Assembly (NCBI GenBank): GCA_002269645.1 | Contig: NIVC01000309.1 | Coordinates: 248,001-312,000 of the forward strand | Length of the DNA: 64,000 nucleotides | Origin: Macrostomum lignano | Taxonomy: Eukaryota | Direction of reading: 5' to 3' | Shown here: piece after piece, positions 1-13,600 of the stretch | How the letters are laid out: each line of letters begins with the position of its first letter | How positions within the stretch are numbered: the first letter of the stretch is position 1 | Program-made: the position numbers and the translations under genes | Notes under the pieces: model-generated | Told to the model about the DNA's origin: nothing | The model's database searches: none | Seen by the model: the letters and a program-made list of their open reading frames with translations, nothing else

Positions 1-787
1 GCTATAGGAAGCTATGGAATATGATAGCAACAACTATATTTCTGTAGTCGTAGCCATAGGAGCAGCTAGCTACCATAGGCATATTTCTATATAGAGCTAA
101 TTTATTTTTATTACTTCTTATAACTTTAACAATGCTAAATTCAACAGTAATAACTATATTATCTTAACTTATACCCCTATCATCCTAACTACACAAAAAT
201 ATATAATATTGAAAATCTATTGTTTAAATTTCTAAACTCTATGTACTTAAATGTTCTCATTAGAAAGGCTCTGACACTAGCAATATGAATTCATTCTTAT
301 AATCTTATTGCTCCTATAAAATCCAGGGCTCTAATGATCTTTTGAGTCTTTTAACTCTATCATTGAATTTCTAATATTAACAGATATAAGAAATGTGTTC
401 TTGTACCTATTCTACCTAAAAACCTTTAAGTATTTTACTTCCCATAGCCATGTATATAGCTATTGCAGAACTTTATTATATAAAAAATATTTGTAATTTG
501 TATTGTAATTTTTATTAGAGGTAGAATAGGACTCCAGCTCTAAAGTTGTAAGAATCTAGAAATAATTGAGGCTTTTAAACGTAAAATAAAATGTTGCATA
601 TCTTAAGTGTATCATTTCTGAATGTCTTTTTTAAACATTAAATTTTACTTTGATATTTAATTGTATTACATTTGTCTAATACAAACTCAACAGAGCACCA
701 CTTCAAACTCTTTATTTTTGCTATTCAGCATCATCTTTTACTCAATAGTAGTGAAATCTAATATAATTCAAAATCGCACTCAAAGAC

Positions 788-1357
788 ATGGCCAGTAGCA
801 ACACTAACAGCTCTAAGACCCTCACCACTGTCGAGGATCACGATGGCTGGACGCTGGTCAACTATGATGACATTGGCGACAATGTTGACGAAGGCTTCCT
901 GCTGGCTGGCGGCGCCAGCGGTGGCAATCGAAGCGACAGCAGCAGCTCCGCTGAGGTGCTAAGATCGCCAACTCCGACTTCCAGCATCGATGCCAATGAC
1001 GATGAAGTCGAAGGCCAGCTGGAAGCATCGCCGGCGGGCTCCCAGGAGCTAGCTCCTGCTGCAACTGCTCGCGCTGTTGTGGCCGCAGCCGCTGCTGCCA
1101 GCGGTCACCGGGCCGCGGCCGCCGCCTCGGCTTCGTCGAGTTCATCATCGGCTGTGGCGCTGTGCCATTCGGCTGCCTCCAGGGCTGCCAGCCGCACCCG
1201 AGCCAAGCTGGAGCTGAGCCGGGCCAGCCTGGCCCGCAGGAACCAGGTGGCCACCCTGCGCTGCTCAGCCGGCAGCGGCGCTTCCGCTAAGCGCCAAATG
1301 AAAATGCGCGGCACCGTCAAGTGCCCGCAGGCCCGCTCTGCTTCTAAAAAGTGCTGA
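788..1357 (+). CDS. TP53INP/DOR-like autophagy adaptor candidate (189 aa, single coding exon)
   Basis: ATG-initiated non-repetitive ORF. N-terminal acidic LIR-like motif EDHDGWTLV (cf. TP53INP1 EDDEWILV). Basic C-terminus LSRASLARRNQ resembles the TP53INP LNRNSLRRQN segment. AG acceptor tttttgctattcag at 727-728 upstream. Central conserved DOR block not seen. Confidence 0.5.
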   Translation: MASSNTNSSKTLTTVEDHDGWTLVNYDDIGDNVDEGFLLAGGASGGNRSDSSSSAEVLRSPTPTSSIDANDDEVEGQLEASPAGSQELAPAATARAVVAAAAAASGHRAAAAASASSSSSSAVALCHSAASRAASRTRAKLELSRASLARRNQVATLRCSAGSGASAKRQMKMRGTVKCPQARSASKKC

Positions 1358-1427
1358 ATGAACTTTTCATAGCTCAATTTTGAGCTAGCTGGGGCTATCT
1401 GACCCTGCTGGGAGTTTGTAAGTGTAA

Positions 1428-1875
1428 CCACCCCATGATTCTTGATTGGCTGCCACCCCCTCCACCCCATGATCCTTGATTGGCTGCCACCCCCTCCACC
1501 CCATGATCCTTGATTGGCTGCCACCCCCTCCACCCCATGATCCTTGATTGGCTGCCACCCCTCCACCCCATGATCCTTGATTGCCTGCCACCCCCTCCAC
1601 CCCATGATCCTTGATTGGCTGCCACCCCCTCCACCCCATGATCGTTGTGTGGCTGCCACGCCTCCACCCCATGATCCTTGATTGGCTGCTACCCCCTCCA
1701 CCCCATGATCCTTGCGTGGCTGCCACCCCCTCCACCCCATGATCCTTGCGTGGCTGCCACCCCTCCACCCCATGGTCCTTGATTGGCTGCCACCCCCTCC
1801 ACCCCATGGTCCTTGATTGGCTGCCACCCCTCCACCCCATGGTCCTTGATTAGCTGCCACCCTTCACCCCATGGG
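1428..1875. repeat. 34-bp minisatellite (ccaccccatgatccttgattggctgccaccccct)n
   Basis: Direct tandem copies visible; the same unit recurs at ~34285-34545. Confidence 0.95.
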
Positions 1876-3199
1876 TTTAAGTTGGCTCATAAGTTAACGA
1901 TTTGTTGTTAAGTGAATGAGTTTTTAGTCACTGGTTGTTTTGGTGTGTTTTAAGAGTTATGGAAGCTGAATGATCTTTGAGGTTGGTGTAGACAATATCA
2001 AATGTCAAGAGTAGCGGTTTTTTGTTTTCGTTTTTATTCGGCCTGTTGTTAAATTTTCACCCCTTCGTGTTGTGCCCTTTGTAACACTTCTTAACTTTTT
2101 ATATAAATGCTTATTTATAATTATAATTATTCAACTTTTAACTGTCGTCATTAGGCACACATGCTAGGACCCTCTGTGTACTCTTGAGTTGTTTTGTTTT
2201 AAGTAGCTAACGAGAGTCGGTTGGTTTGTGAATTTAAGATTGCTACAATAAATTCAAGGTTAAATTGACGCGTTCTTTTGTTAATCTGTGATAAAAAAAA
2301 GGGTTTGTTAATGCTTTTGTACTACTGTTTCAATATGCAATCTGTATAGTAAAAAAACTCTAAATAAAGGCTATAATTGTTCTTTCAATTTTATTCGGAA
2401 ACTTCATTGTCTGTGCAAATATTATTAATATTTCGCAATTTGTCAATTTTGTTATAACTGTTCATAGAGAACAGTGTAGATTTTGTGTTTGCTGAAAAAT
2501 CAATTTATAAATAATTTTATTACTTGATATTCAGCTAGAAGCCCAAGTCTAAATTACAGAAGCCTTTCAATTTATTAAATTTAATACAGAGCTGCTGAAT
2601 CACAGGCCATCATAGTCATAATCTGAATTCTCGATTACAATTTCCATTGTATACTTTTTGCTCCTTTAAGATTATCTTGCTAACTGCCTAGAATTAGCTA
2701 ACATCTGTTCTGTTTGACACAATTAGAAATCATTGTTACAATTTATTTATCAAATTTTGCTACTTACAGGCGCTTTCAGAGTCAGTTTTTTATAGTGATA
2801 ATTTACTAAACTAGTTGACCAAGTTTAACTGATTATAATAATTTATGCTAATTAATTTGATTAATGTTAACAGTATTATTAACTACTAAAGTCTATATCA
2901 GCTGATTGTGTATCTAAATCTCATAGTTTCCGCAGTAATTAAGTTACTTTATTAAGAACGCGTCGGGAAAACAAAAAATTATTTCCTATTAAAATCTTAA
3001 TGGTTGACTGGTCTGATTGTGTGACTTGACTCTTCTCTGTTAATCTCTCTTTTATTAATCCTGCTCTTATTAGCGTGTGTTGTCCTGTAGCCTCTTAATT
3101 CGTGTTTAAACTCTGTTTTGCCTGAACTTTATCACTGTTATTTTTGGCTATTTTTTTCTCAAGACATCGCTGCGTTGAAGATTGCGACTTTTACTCTTG

Positions 3200-5907
3200 A
3201 AATTGGCCCTGAACCATCATGAGAATTTGCCCTGAACCATCATGAGAATTGGCCCTGAACCATCGTGAGAATTGGCCCTGAACCATCATGAGAATTGGCC
3301 CTGAACCATCATGAGAATTGGCCCTGAACCATCGTGAGAATTGGCCCTGAACCATCATGAGAATTGGCCCTGAACCATCATGAGAATTGGCCCTGAACCA
3401 TCATGAGAATTGGCCCTGAACCATCATGAGAATTGGCCCTGAACCATCATGAGAATTGGCCCTGAACCTTCATGAGAATTGGCCCTGAACCATCATGAGA
3501 ATTGGCCCTGAACCATCATGAGAATTGGCCCTGAACCATCATGAGAATTGGCCCTGAACCATCATGAGAATTGGCCCTGAACCATCGTGAGAATTGGCCC
3601 TGAACCATCATGAGGCTAGAATTGGCCCTGAACCATCATGAGAATTGGCCCTGAACCATCATGAGAATTGGCCCTGAACCATCATGAGAATTGGCCCTGA
3701 ACCATCATGAGAATTGGCGCTGAACCATCATGAGAATTGGCCCTGAACCATCATGAGAATTGGCCCTGAACCATAATGAAAATTGGCCCTGAACCGTCAT
3801 GAGAATTGGCCCTGAACCATCATGAGAATTGGCCCTGAACCATCATGAGAATTGGCCCTGAACCATCATGAGGTTAGAATTGGCCCTGAACCATCATGAG
3901 AATTGGCCCTGAACCATCATGAGAATTGGCCCTGGACCATCATGAGAATTGGCCCTGAACCATCATGAGAATTGGCCCTGAACCATCATGAGAATTGGCC
4001 CTGAACCATCATGAGAATAGGCCCTGAACCATCATGAGGCTAGAATTGGCCCTGAACCATCATGAGAATTGGCCCTGAACCATCATGAGAATTGGCCCTG
4101 AACCATCGTGAGAATTGGCCCTGAACCATCATGAGAATTGGCCCTGAACCATCATGAGAATTGGCCCTGAACCATCGTGAGAATTGGCCCTGAACCATCG
4201 TGAGAATTGGCCCTGAACCATCATGAGAATTGGCCCTGAACCATCATGAGGCTAGAATTGGCCCTGAACCATCGTGAGAATTGGCCCTGAACCATCATGA
4301 GAATTGGCCCTGAACCATCATGAGAATTGGCCCTGAACCATCATGAGGCTAGAATTGGCCCTGAACCATCATGAGAATTGGCCCTGAACCATCATGAGGC
4401 TAGAATTGGCCCTGAACCATCGTGAGAATTGGCCCTGAACCATCATGAGAATTGGCCCTGAACCATCATGAGGCTAGAATTGGCCCTGAACCATCATGAG
4501 AATTGGCCCTGAACCATCATGAGAATTGGCCCTGAACCATCATGAGAATTGGCCCTGAACCATCATGAGAATTGGCCCTGAACCATCATGAGAATTGGCC
4601 CTGAACCATCGTGAGAATTGGCCCTGAACCATCATGAGAATTGGCCCTGAACCATCATGAGAATTGGCCCTGAACCATCATGAGAATTGGCCCTGAACCA
4701 TCATGAGGCTAGAATTGGCCCTGAACCATCATGAGAATTGGCCCTGAACCATCGTGAGAATTGGCCCTGAACCATCGTGAGAATTGGCCCTGAACCATCA
4801 TGAGAATTGGCCCTGAACCATCATGAGAATTGGTTCTGAACCATCATGAGAATTGGCCCTGAACCATCATGAGAATTGGCCCTGAACCATCGTGAGAATT
4901 GGCCCTGAACCATCATGAGAATTGGCCCTGAACCATCATGAGAATTGGCCCTGAACCATCATGAGAATTGGCCCTGAACCATCATGAGAATTGGCCCTGA
5001 ACCATCATGAGAATTGGCCCTGAACCATCATGAGAATTGGCCCTGAACCATCATGAGAATTGGCCCTGAACCATCATGAGAATTGGCCCTGAACCATCAT
5101 GAGAATTGGTTCTGAACCATCATGAGAATTGGCCCTGAACCATCATGAGAATTGGCCCTGAACCATCATGAGAATTGGCCCTGAACCATCGTGAGAATTG
5201 GCCCTGAACCATCGTGAGAATTGGCCCTGAACCATCATGAGAATTGGCCCTGAACCATCATGAGGCTAGAATTGGCCCTGAACCATCGTGAGAATTGGCC
5301 CTGAACCATCATGAGAATTGGCCCTGAACCATCATGAGAATTGGCCCTGAACCATCATGAGAATTGGCCCTGAACCATCATGAGAATTGGCCCTGAACCA
5401 TCATGAGAATTGGCCCTGAACCATCATGAGGCTAGAATTGGCCCTGAACCATCATGAGAATTGGCCCTGAACCATCATGAGGCTAGAATTGGCCCTGAAC
5501 CATCATGAGAATTGGCCCTGAACCATCATGAGGCTAGAATTGGCCCTGAACCATCATGAGAATTGGCCCTGAACCATCGTGAGAATTGGCCCTGAACCAT
5601 CATGAAAATTGGCCCTGAACCATCATGAGGCTAGAATTGGCCCTGAACCATCATGAGAATTGGTCCTGAACCATCGTGAGAATTGGCCCTGAACCATCAT
5701 GAGAATTGGCCCTGAACCATCATGAGAATTGGCCCTGAACCATCGTGAGAATTGGCCCTGAACCATCATGAAAATTGGCCCTGAACCATCATGAGAATTG
5801 GCCCTGAACCATCATGAGAATTGGCCCTGAACCATCATGAAAATTGGCCCTGAACCATCATGAGAATTGGCCCTGAACCGTCATGAGAATTGGCTCTGAA
5901 CCATCAT
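3200..5907. repeat. 23-bp minisatellite (gagaattggccctgaaccatcat)n, >100 units, with recurrent 28-bp variant units
   Basis: Highly homogeneous tandem array; variants gaggctagaatt (+5 bp) and catcgt are interspersed. Confidence 0.98.
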
Positions 5908-6405
5908 GATAATGATAGGGAAGTGTGCAGTAAGACTAGCAAATTTTAGCAGTGTTGTCAAGCTCTTATTTTTTAATTTCGAGACGAACATAAGTTATTC
6001 AATTTGTTTGTTCAGTACATTTTTCTCTCTTGTAAATTTAGCCTCATTAGCTAGCCTTTGCCAATTTGAGTTTTTTATTCTTAAAAGTACTTTTTAGTGC
6101 TTTTTTAGACAAAGAAATTTTCTGCTCCTTTGTGCGCTGTTGAAAGATTGTGTTAAGATGAGTGTTTTCTGTAATACAGCCCTCGGTTCATTTGGTAGTT
6201 TTCTATTAGAACTAAAAAATTGTGTGCACTGACTAATACAGTTATCCAGATAGAATAAATTTTTTGCTTGTCTATTATTTAACTTGTTTATCTTTGCCAC
6301 AAGTTAACCCTTTGTAATCTAAAAATAAACATTTTTAGTAGCTCAGCCAATTTAATATATTTAAAAAAAAGCTCTGTTGATTTCTTTATGAAAAAAGTTC
6401 TTTAT

Positions 6406-7197
6406 GTCAGTGAGGGAGAGTGGGACAGTGAGGTAGAGTGGGACAGTGAGGGAGAGTAGGTCAGTGAGGGAGAGTGGGTCAGTGAGGGAGAGTGGGACAG
6501 TGAGGGAGAGTGGGACAGTGAGGGAGAGTGGGTCAGTGAGGGAGAGTGGGACAGTGAGGGAGAGTGGGTCAGTGAGGGAGAGTGGGTCAGTGAGGGAGAG
6601 TGGGTCAGTGAGGGAGAGTGGGTCAGTGAGGGAGAGTGGGACAGTGAGGGAGAGTGGGTCAGTAAGGGAGAGTAGGTCAGTAAGGGAGAGTAGGTCAGTG
6701 AGGGAGAGTGGGTCAGTGAGGGAGAGTAGGTCAGTGAGGGAGAGTGGGTCAGTGAGGGAGAGTGGGACAGTGAGGGAGAGTGGGTCAGTGAGGGAGAGTA
6801 GGTCAGTGAGGGAGAGTGGGACAGTGAGGGAGAGTAGGTCAGTGAGGGAGAGTGGGTCAGTGAGGGAGAGTGGGACAGTGAGGGAGAGTGGGTCAGTGAG
6901 GGAGAGTAGGTCAGTGAGGGAGAGTAGGTCAGTGAGGGAGAGTGGGTCAGTGAGGGAGAGTAGGTCAGTGAGGGAGAGTGGGTCAGTGAGGGAGAGTAGG
7001 TCAGTGAGGGAGAGTAGGTCAGTGAGGGAGAGTGGGTCAGTGAGGGAGAGTAGGTCAGTGAGGGAGAGTGGGTCAGTGAGGGAGAGTAGGTCAGTGAGGG
7101 AGAGTGGGTCAGTGAGGGAGAGTGGGACAGTGAGGGAGAGAGGGTCAGTGAGGGAGAGTGGGACAGTGAGGGAGAGTGGGTCAGTGAGGGAGAGTGA
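6406..7197. repeat. 18-bp minisatellite (gtcagtgagggagagtgg)n
   Basis: Tandem array; produces the spurious (VRESGS)n and (SLTDPL)n ORFs. Confidence 0.97.
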
Positions 7198-7325
7198 TGC
7201 TGATATCTGTTGTCTCACCGTGCTCAAATGCCCACCGCTTTCTCTGGTTGTGCAGCCAGCAGGCCGCATATGCAGCAAAGCCGCTACTAGTGTCCCAGCT
7301 ACCCGCAGCTGCGCACCACAGTTAG

Positions 7326-10300
7326 ATGACAAGCGCCCAGTCTGCTGACACAGCAGCAGCAGCAGCCGAATCGTCCCTACTGTCTGTGTCGCCGAATTCT
7401 ACCGCAGTCAATCTGGAGAGTGGCCAGCCGCCTGACATGCAGGTTCGTGCGCCGCTAATAGCTGCTGTTCATTCTCTTGGAGATTAAATTTTATGCTTGA
7501 GTCGTACATGTACTAGCGTCTATTTTATCTTCCTAAGGAATTCACCTAGCTAGTGAGAATTGCCCTCTCTCCCTATGAGAATCGCCCTCTCTCTCCCTAT
7601 GAGAATCGCCCTCTCTTTACCTATGAGAATCGCCCTCTCTAACTATGAGAATCGCCCTCTCTCTCCCTATGAGAATCGCCCTCTCTAACTATAAGAATCG
7701 CCCTCTCTAACTATGAGAATCGCCCTCTCTAACCATGAGAATCGCCCTCTCTAACTATGAGAATCGCCCTCTCTAACTATAAGAATCGCCCTCTCTCTCC
7801 CTATGATAGTCGCCCTCCCTCCCTATGAGAATCTCCTCTCTCCCAATGAGAATCGCCCTCTCTTCCTATGAGAATCGCCCTCTCTTCCTATGAGAATCGC
7901 CCTCTCCCGATAGAGAGTTTAAGCCGCTGCCGCCGCATTCAATTGCTCAGGTGTACAGCCTGAAAGCGCCGCAGGCGGCAGTCCGCGGCGTAGACGAAGT
8001 GGCTGGCAGCCTGCGCACCAGCCTGCGCGACGGTCTGTCCCAGGCCGAAGCCGACGTCCGCCTTCGCCGCTTCGGCCCGAACGAGATCGAATCGCCGCCA
8101 GACGATCCGCTTTGGCAGAAATATTTGGAACAGTTCAAGGATCCGATGATTCTGTTGTTGCTATGCTCGGCGGTTATTAGTCTGCTCATGCGGCAGTTTG
8201 ATGACGCTGTCAGCATCTCTTTGGCTATCGTTATTGTTGTCACTGTTGCCTTTATTCAAGAATACAGGTAAGACTAGTGTGCTCAGACAGCAAGTGTGCT
8301 TTTTGAGCACACTCAAAACTTTTGAGCAGACATCAAGTGTGCTCAAATATCCAGTGTGCTCAGAATCCCGTGTGCTCAGCTTCAGATATCCAGTGTGCTC
8401 AGATATCCAGCTAGTGTGCTCAGATATCCAGCTAGTGTGCTCAGATATCCAGCTAGTGTGCTCAGATATCCAGCTAGTGTGCTCAGATATCCAGCTAGTG
8501 TGCTCAGATATCCAGCTAGTGTGCTCAGATATCCAGCTAGTGTGCTCAGATATCCAGCTAGTGTGCTCAGATATCCAGCTAGTGTGCTCAGATATCCAGC
8601 TAGTGTGCTCAGATATCCAGCTAGTGTGCTCAGATATCCAGCTAGTGTGCTCAGATATCCAGCTAGTGTGCTCAGATATCCAGCTAGTGTGCTCAGATAT
8701 CCAGCTAGTGTGCTCAGAATCCCGTGTGCTCAGCTTCAGATATCCAATGTGCTCAAAATCTCAGAATCTCAGAATTTTGTGCTCCAGAAATTCCAGATAA
8801 AATGTTGTTTCTAAAAATAGACCATGACGTCATCCTTCCTCACCGTGGCACACCAGATCCGAAAAGGCTCTTGGCGCTCTAAAAAAGCTGGTGCCCTACA
8901 AGTGCTACTGTCTCCGGTCGGGTATACTGCAGTTCTTATACGCGCGCGACCTAGTTCCTGGCGACATTGTACACCTGAACGTCGGCTGTCGGGTTCCAGC
9001 CGACCTGCGCGTGTTCGAGTCCACCGATCTGCGCATCGACGAAGCCAGTTTCACCGGCGAGACCGACCCGGTGTTGAAGTCCGCCACGCAGCTGCACGAG
9101 TCAAATGTTAGCACTGGGGGCTCCGTTGTTGGGATGAAGAACTGCGCTTTCACTGGCACCCTTGTCAGGTGAGAGGTCCTAGTTTATTACTCAACTCCAG
9201 ATTAATGCGTCTCATTATTGCTTTGATTATTGCATGATTTATGACCCATACTGTTGTATGATTTATGACCTGGATTACTGTAAGATTTATGACCCAGATT
9301 ATTGTATTATTTATGATCCAGATTATTATATGATTTATGACCGAGATGACTGATTTTTGACCAAGATGACTATGATTTATGACCCAGATTACTCCATGAT
9401 TTATGATTCCGATAACTGTATGATTTATGACCCAGATTACTGTATGATTTATGACCCAGATTACTGTATGATTTATGACCCAGATTACTGTATGATTTAT
9501 GACCCAGGTTACTGTATGATTTATGATCCAGATTACTGTATGATTTATGGCCCAGGTTACTGTATAATCAATTGTCTACATTAATGTATGATTTATGAGC
9601 CCTAATTATTGCATAAATTATGAATTATTATTACCTAATGATGACCAGGGATTACTATCATATCTGTTTCTAACAACTCACTCTGCCGCAGGTGCGGCAC
9701 AGGCAAGGGCATAGTGATCTGCACAGGCGAGGAGAGCGCATTCGGCGACATATTTCGCGCCATGCAAGAAGAAGAGGCGCCAAAAACTCCACTACAACGC
9801 AATATGGATCGATTAGGGAAACAACTGAGCTTCTACAGCCTGTGCATCATTGTTGGCATTGTCATTATTGGCCTGCTGCAGCGCCGGCAGATGCTGGAGA
9901 TGTTCCAGATTGGCGTCAGCCTGGCTGTAGCGGCCATACCCGAGGGCCTGCCGATTGTGGTGACCGTCACCCTGGCCATCGGGGTCATGCGAATGGCCAA
10001 GAGAAACGCTATAGTGAAAAAGTTGCCAGTAGTTGAAACTCTGGGCTGCGTTAACGTGGTTTGCTCGGATAAGACTGGCACCTTGACTCAGAATGAGATG
10101 ACTGTGACCAGGCTGATCACCTCCGACGGCCTGGCAGCCACGGTTAGCGGCGTCGGCTATGCGGCTGCTGGAGACGTGGTTGCCGAGGCTAACGGTGCCA
10201 GACTGGCTGCCGGCTCCACTGTGGCCTTGCGCTGGCTCTGCCTGACCGCCTCCTGCTGCAATAATGCCGAGATTCGGGGCAACGAGCTGCACGGACAGCC

Positions 10301-10419
10301 CACTGAGGGAGCCTTGGTGGCTCTGGTTAACAAGGTGTGTGCTGTGTGTGCTGTGTGTGTGTTGTGTGTGTGCTTATGCTGTCTGTCTGTCTTTCTGTCT
10401 GTTTGTCTGTCTGTCTGAC

Positions 10420-10452
<33 letters not shown>

Positions 10453-10499
10453 GACTGTCTGTCTATCTGACTGTCTGTCTGTCTGTCTGACTGTCTGAC

Positions 10500-10562
<63 letters not shown>

Positions 10563-10593
10563 GTCTGTCTATCTGACTGTCTGTCTGTCTGAC

Positions 10594-10630
<37 letters not shown>

Positions 10631-13600
10631 GAATGTCTGTCTATGTCTGTCTGTCTGTCTGTCTATGTCTGTCTGTCGCTATCTCCACCCTGACACCACC
10701 ACGCCATGGCTGTCACTCGCAGCTGAACGGCGATCGCCTGAAGCAGGACTACAGCCGCATCCAGGAGTGGCCGTTCAACTCCGACACCAAGCTGATGACG
10801 GTGAAATGCGAAAGAAAATCTTCTGCAGTAGATAACTCTGCGGTGAGCGAATATCGGGTCAATTTGAATGATGAGTATTTGTAAAAGGCGGTGTTTTGAG
10901 ATTGAAGTGTTTTCAATACTCGTATTTGGTTTAGTAACTAAGCCGACGTATTTTTTGTGTTTTTTTAGCCAAGAAGATTGGTAAGTATCAGAAGCTGCAG
11001 TCCTAGAGTTAGAATTAGAATATCCTTTGCGCAATCTTCTTAGGGCGTTGATTGTTTGTTTTTCATCTGAAAGTTTATTCAAATCGTTTAATTTGTGTAA
11101 TGATTTTTAGACTGATTTTTCTATTAATCATATAGTACATAGTGTCCGATATGAGCCAAGTTATTAACCGATTGCTCAGGACTGATTCTCTGGGTTCGAT
11201 TCGCAGCCATGAAGGGCGACTCTCAAGGCGCAGAGAGTGACATGCCTGAGGATTAGAAAGTCAGAGCCGCTGTGCACCCCGTGTGAGCGTGTGTGTGAGT
11301 TTGTGTTTGCCTACAGTATTGGCGCGCAACGGCAACCCACCAGCTAACTAAATTGATCGGGAGGGGCAGCGGCAACCCATCAGCTGACTAAATGGATCGG
11401 GCAAGGGGCAGCGGCAACCCACCAGCTAACTAAATTGATCGGGAGGGGCAGCGGCAACCCACCAGCTAACTAAATTGATCGGGAGGGGCAGCGGCAACCC
11501 ACCAGCTAACTAAATGGATCGGGTGGGGCAGCGGCAACCTACCAGCTACCTAAATGGATCGGGGAAGGGCAGCGGCAACCCACCAGCTAACTAAATGGAT
11601 CGGGTGGGGGCAGTCCCGGCAGCGGCAACCCACACCCGGTACACCCTGTGTGAGCGTGTGCACAAGTGCGTGCCTGTGTACAGTATTGGCACGCTTGTTT
11701 GGCAAATGCCATAGGCCTAGCTAAAACCCAAAGGTAAGAATATTTTACATTGATGAAGAGCCAGCATCTCTGCCCCACCACAAAACCACTGGCAGGACCT
11801 GCCAACATCTGTATTCTTTGTCAAAGGCGCGCCAGACCGACTGGTTCGCGCCTGCACCAGCTACTGGAACGAGCGCGGCCAGCTAGAGTCCATGACCTCC
11901 GGGCAGGAGGCCCGGATCAACGACTGGGCTGCCCAGCTGGGGGTGGGCGGCCTCCGCGTGCTGGGACTCGCCTGTGGACCCGACCAGCAGAATCTGACTT
12001 TCTGCGGCCTAGTTGGATTGCTAGACCCGCCTAGGCCAGGCGTTAAAGACTCGATACGCATTTTGCAGCAATCTGGCGTGCTAGTTACTATGGTAACCGG
12101 CGACGCTATGGAGACCGCTTGCACGATAGCTCGCCAACTGGGCATCTCAGGCGGCACCGGACAGCCAATCAGCGGCGAGCAGCTGGACCAAATGCAGCCG
12201 GACGATCCGCGTATACCGGAGACGCGCATCTTCTATAGGACCAGCCCTAGGCACAAGAACAAAATTGTGCGGGCTTTCCAGGTTGGCCTCTCGCTCTCTA
12301 CCCACTCTACCCCGCTCTCTACCCACTACCCCGCTCTCTACCCACTCTACCACGCTCTCTACCCACTCTACCACGCTCTCTACCCACTCTACCACGCTCT
12401 CTACCCACTCTACCCCGCTCTCTTCCCACTCTACCCCGCTCTCTACCCACTCTACCCCGCTCTCTACCCACTCTACCCCGCTCTCTACCCACTCTACCCC
12501 GCTCTCTACTCACTCTACCACGCTCTCTACCCACTCTACCACGCTCTCTACCCACTCTACCCCGCTCTCTACCCACTCTACCACGCTCTCTACCCACTCT
12601 ACCCCGCTCTCTACCCACTCTACCCTTCCCTTTATCACTCTACCCCGCTCTACCACTCTACTCTGCTCTCTACCCTCTCTTCCCACTCTACCCCGCTCTC
12701 TACCCACTCTACCCCGCTCTCTACCTACTCTACCTCGCTCTCTACCCACTCTACCCCGCTCTCTACCCACTCTACCCCGCTCTCTACTCACTCTACCCTA
12801 CTCTACTCACTCTACCCTACTCTACTCACTCTACCCCGCTCTACGACTCTTCTCCGCTCTCTACCCACTCTACCCCGCTCTCTACTCACTGTTTTCCACT
12901 CTACCCACTCTATCGGACTCTCTACCCACTCAACCACCGCCACAGGCCGTTGGCAAAGTGGTGGCCATGACAGGCGACGGAGTGAACGACGCCGTAGCCC
13001 TGAAAGCCGCCGACATTGGCATCGCCATGGGCATGATGGGCACCGAGGTGTCCAAGGAGGCGGCCGACATGATCTTAATAGACGATCACTTCCAAACCAT
13101 CCTAGCCGCTGTTGAGGAGGGCAAAGCAATATTTCACAATATTCGCTGCTTTATCAGATTTCAATTGTCTACTAGCATAGCCGCCCTGACTCTGGTCACC
13201 ATGGCAACGGTGTTCAATTTGCCGAGCCCGTTGAATGCGATGCAAATCCTGTGGATTAACATCTTGATGGACGGGCCGCCGGCTCAATCGCTCGGAGTTG
13301 AACCGCTGGATCCCGATTTGCGAAAGAAGCCGCCAAGGAGGCCCTCCGACTCCGTGCTGCCCATGGAGCTGCTGCTGGGGGTGCTGCGGTCCGCCCTCAT
13401 CATTGTGGCCGGCACCCTGTTCGTGTTCCACCGGGAGATGAGCGATAATAAGGTGGGCTGCTCCGCCATCACTGATGCCTCTCGGGTCGTCAGAATGGGC
13501 CACGGCCAGCCTCCCAGATCCTCAGTTGCTGGGCCACCCTCCCTCCCAGATCCTCAGTTGCTGGGCCACCCTCCCTCCCAGATCCTCAGTTGCTGGGCCA

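Noticed and set aside
3200-5907. CRISPR-like regular repeats (also 18276-19146 and 35110-36845)
   Set aside because: Units are contiguous with no unique spacers, there are no cas genes, and the context is spliced eukaryotic genes.
6361-7348. (VRESGS)n and (SLTDPL)n ORFs
   Set aside because: Translation of an 18-bp minisatellite.
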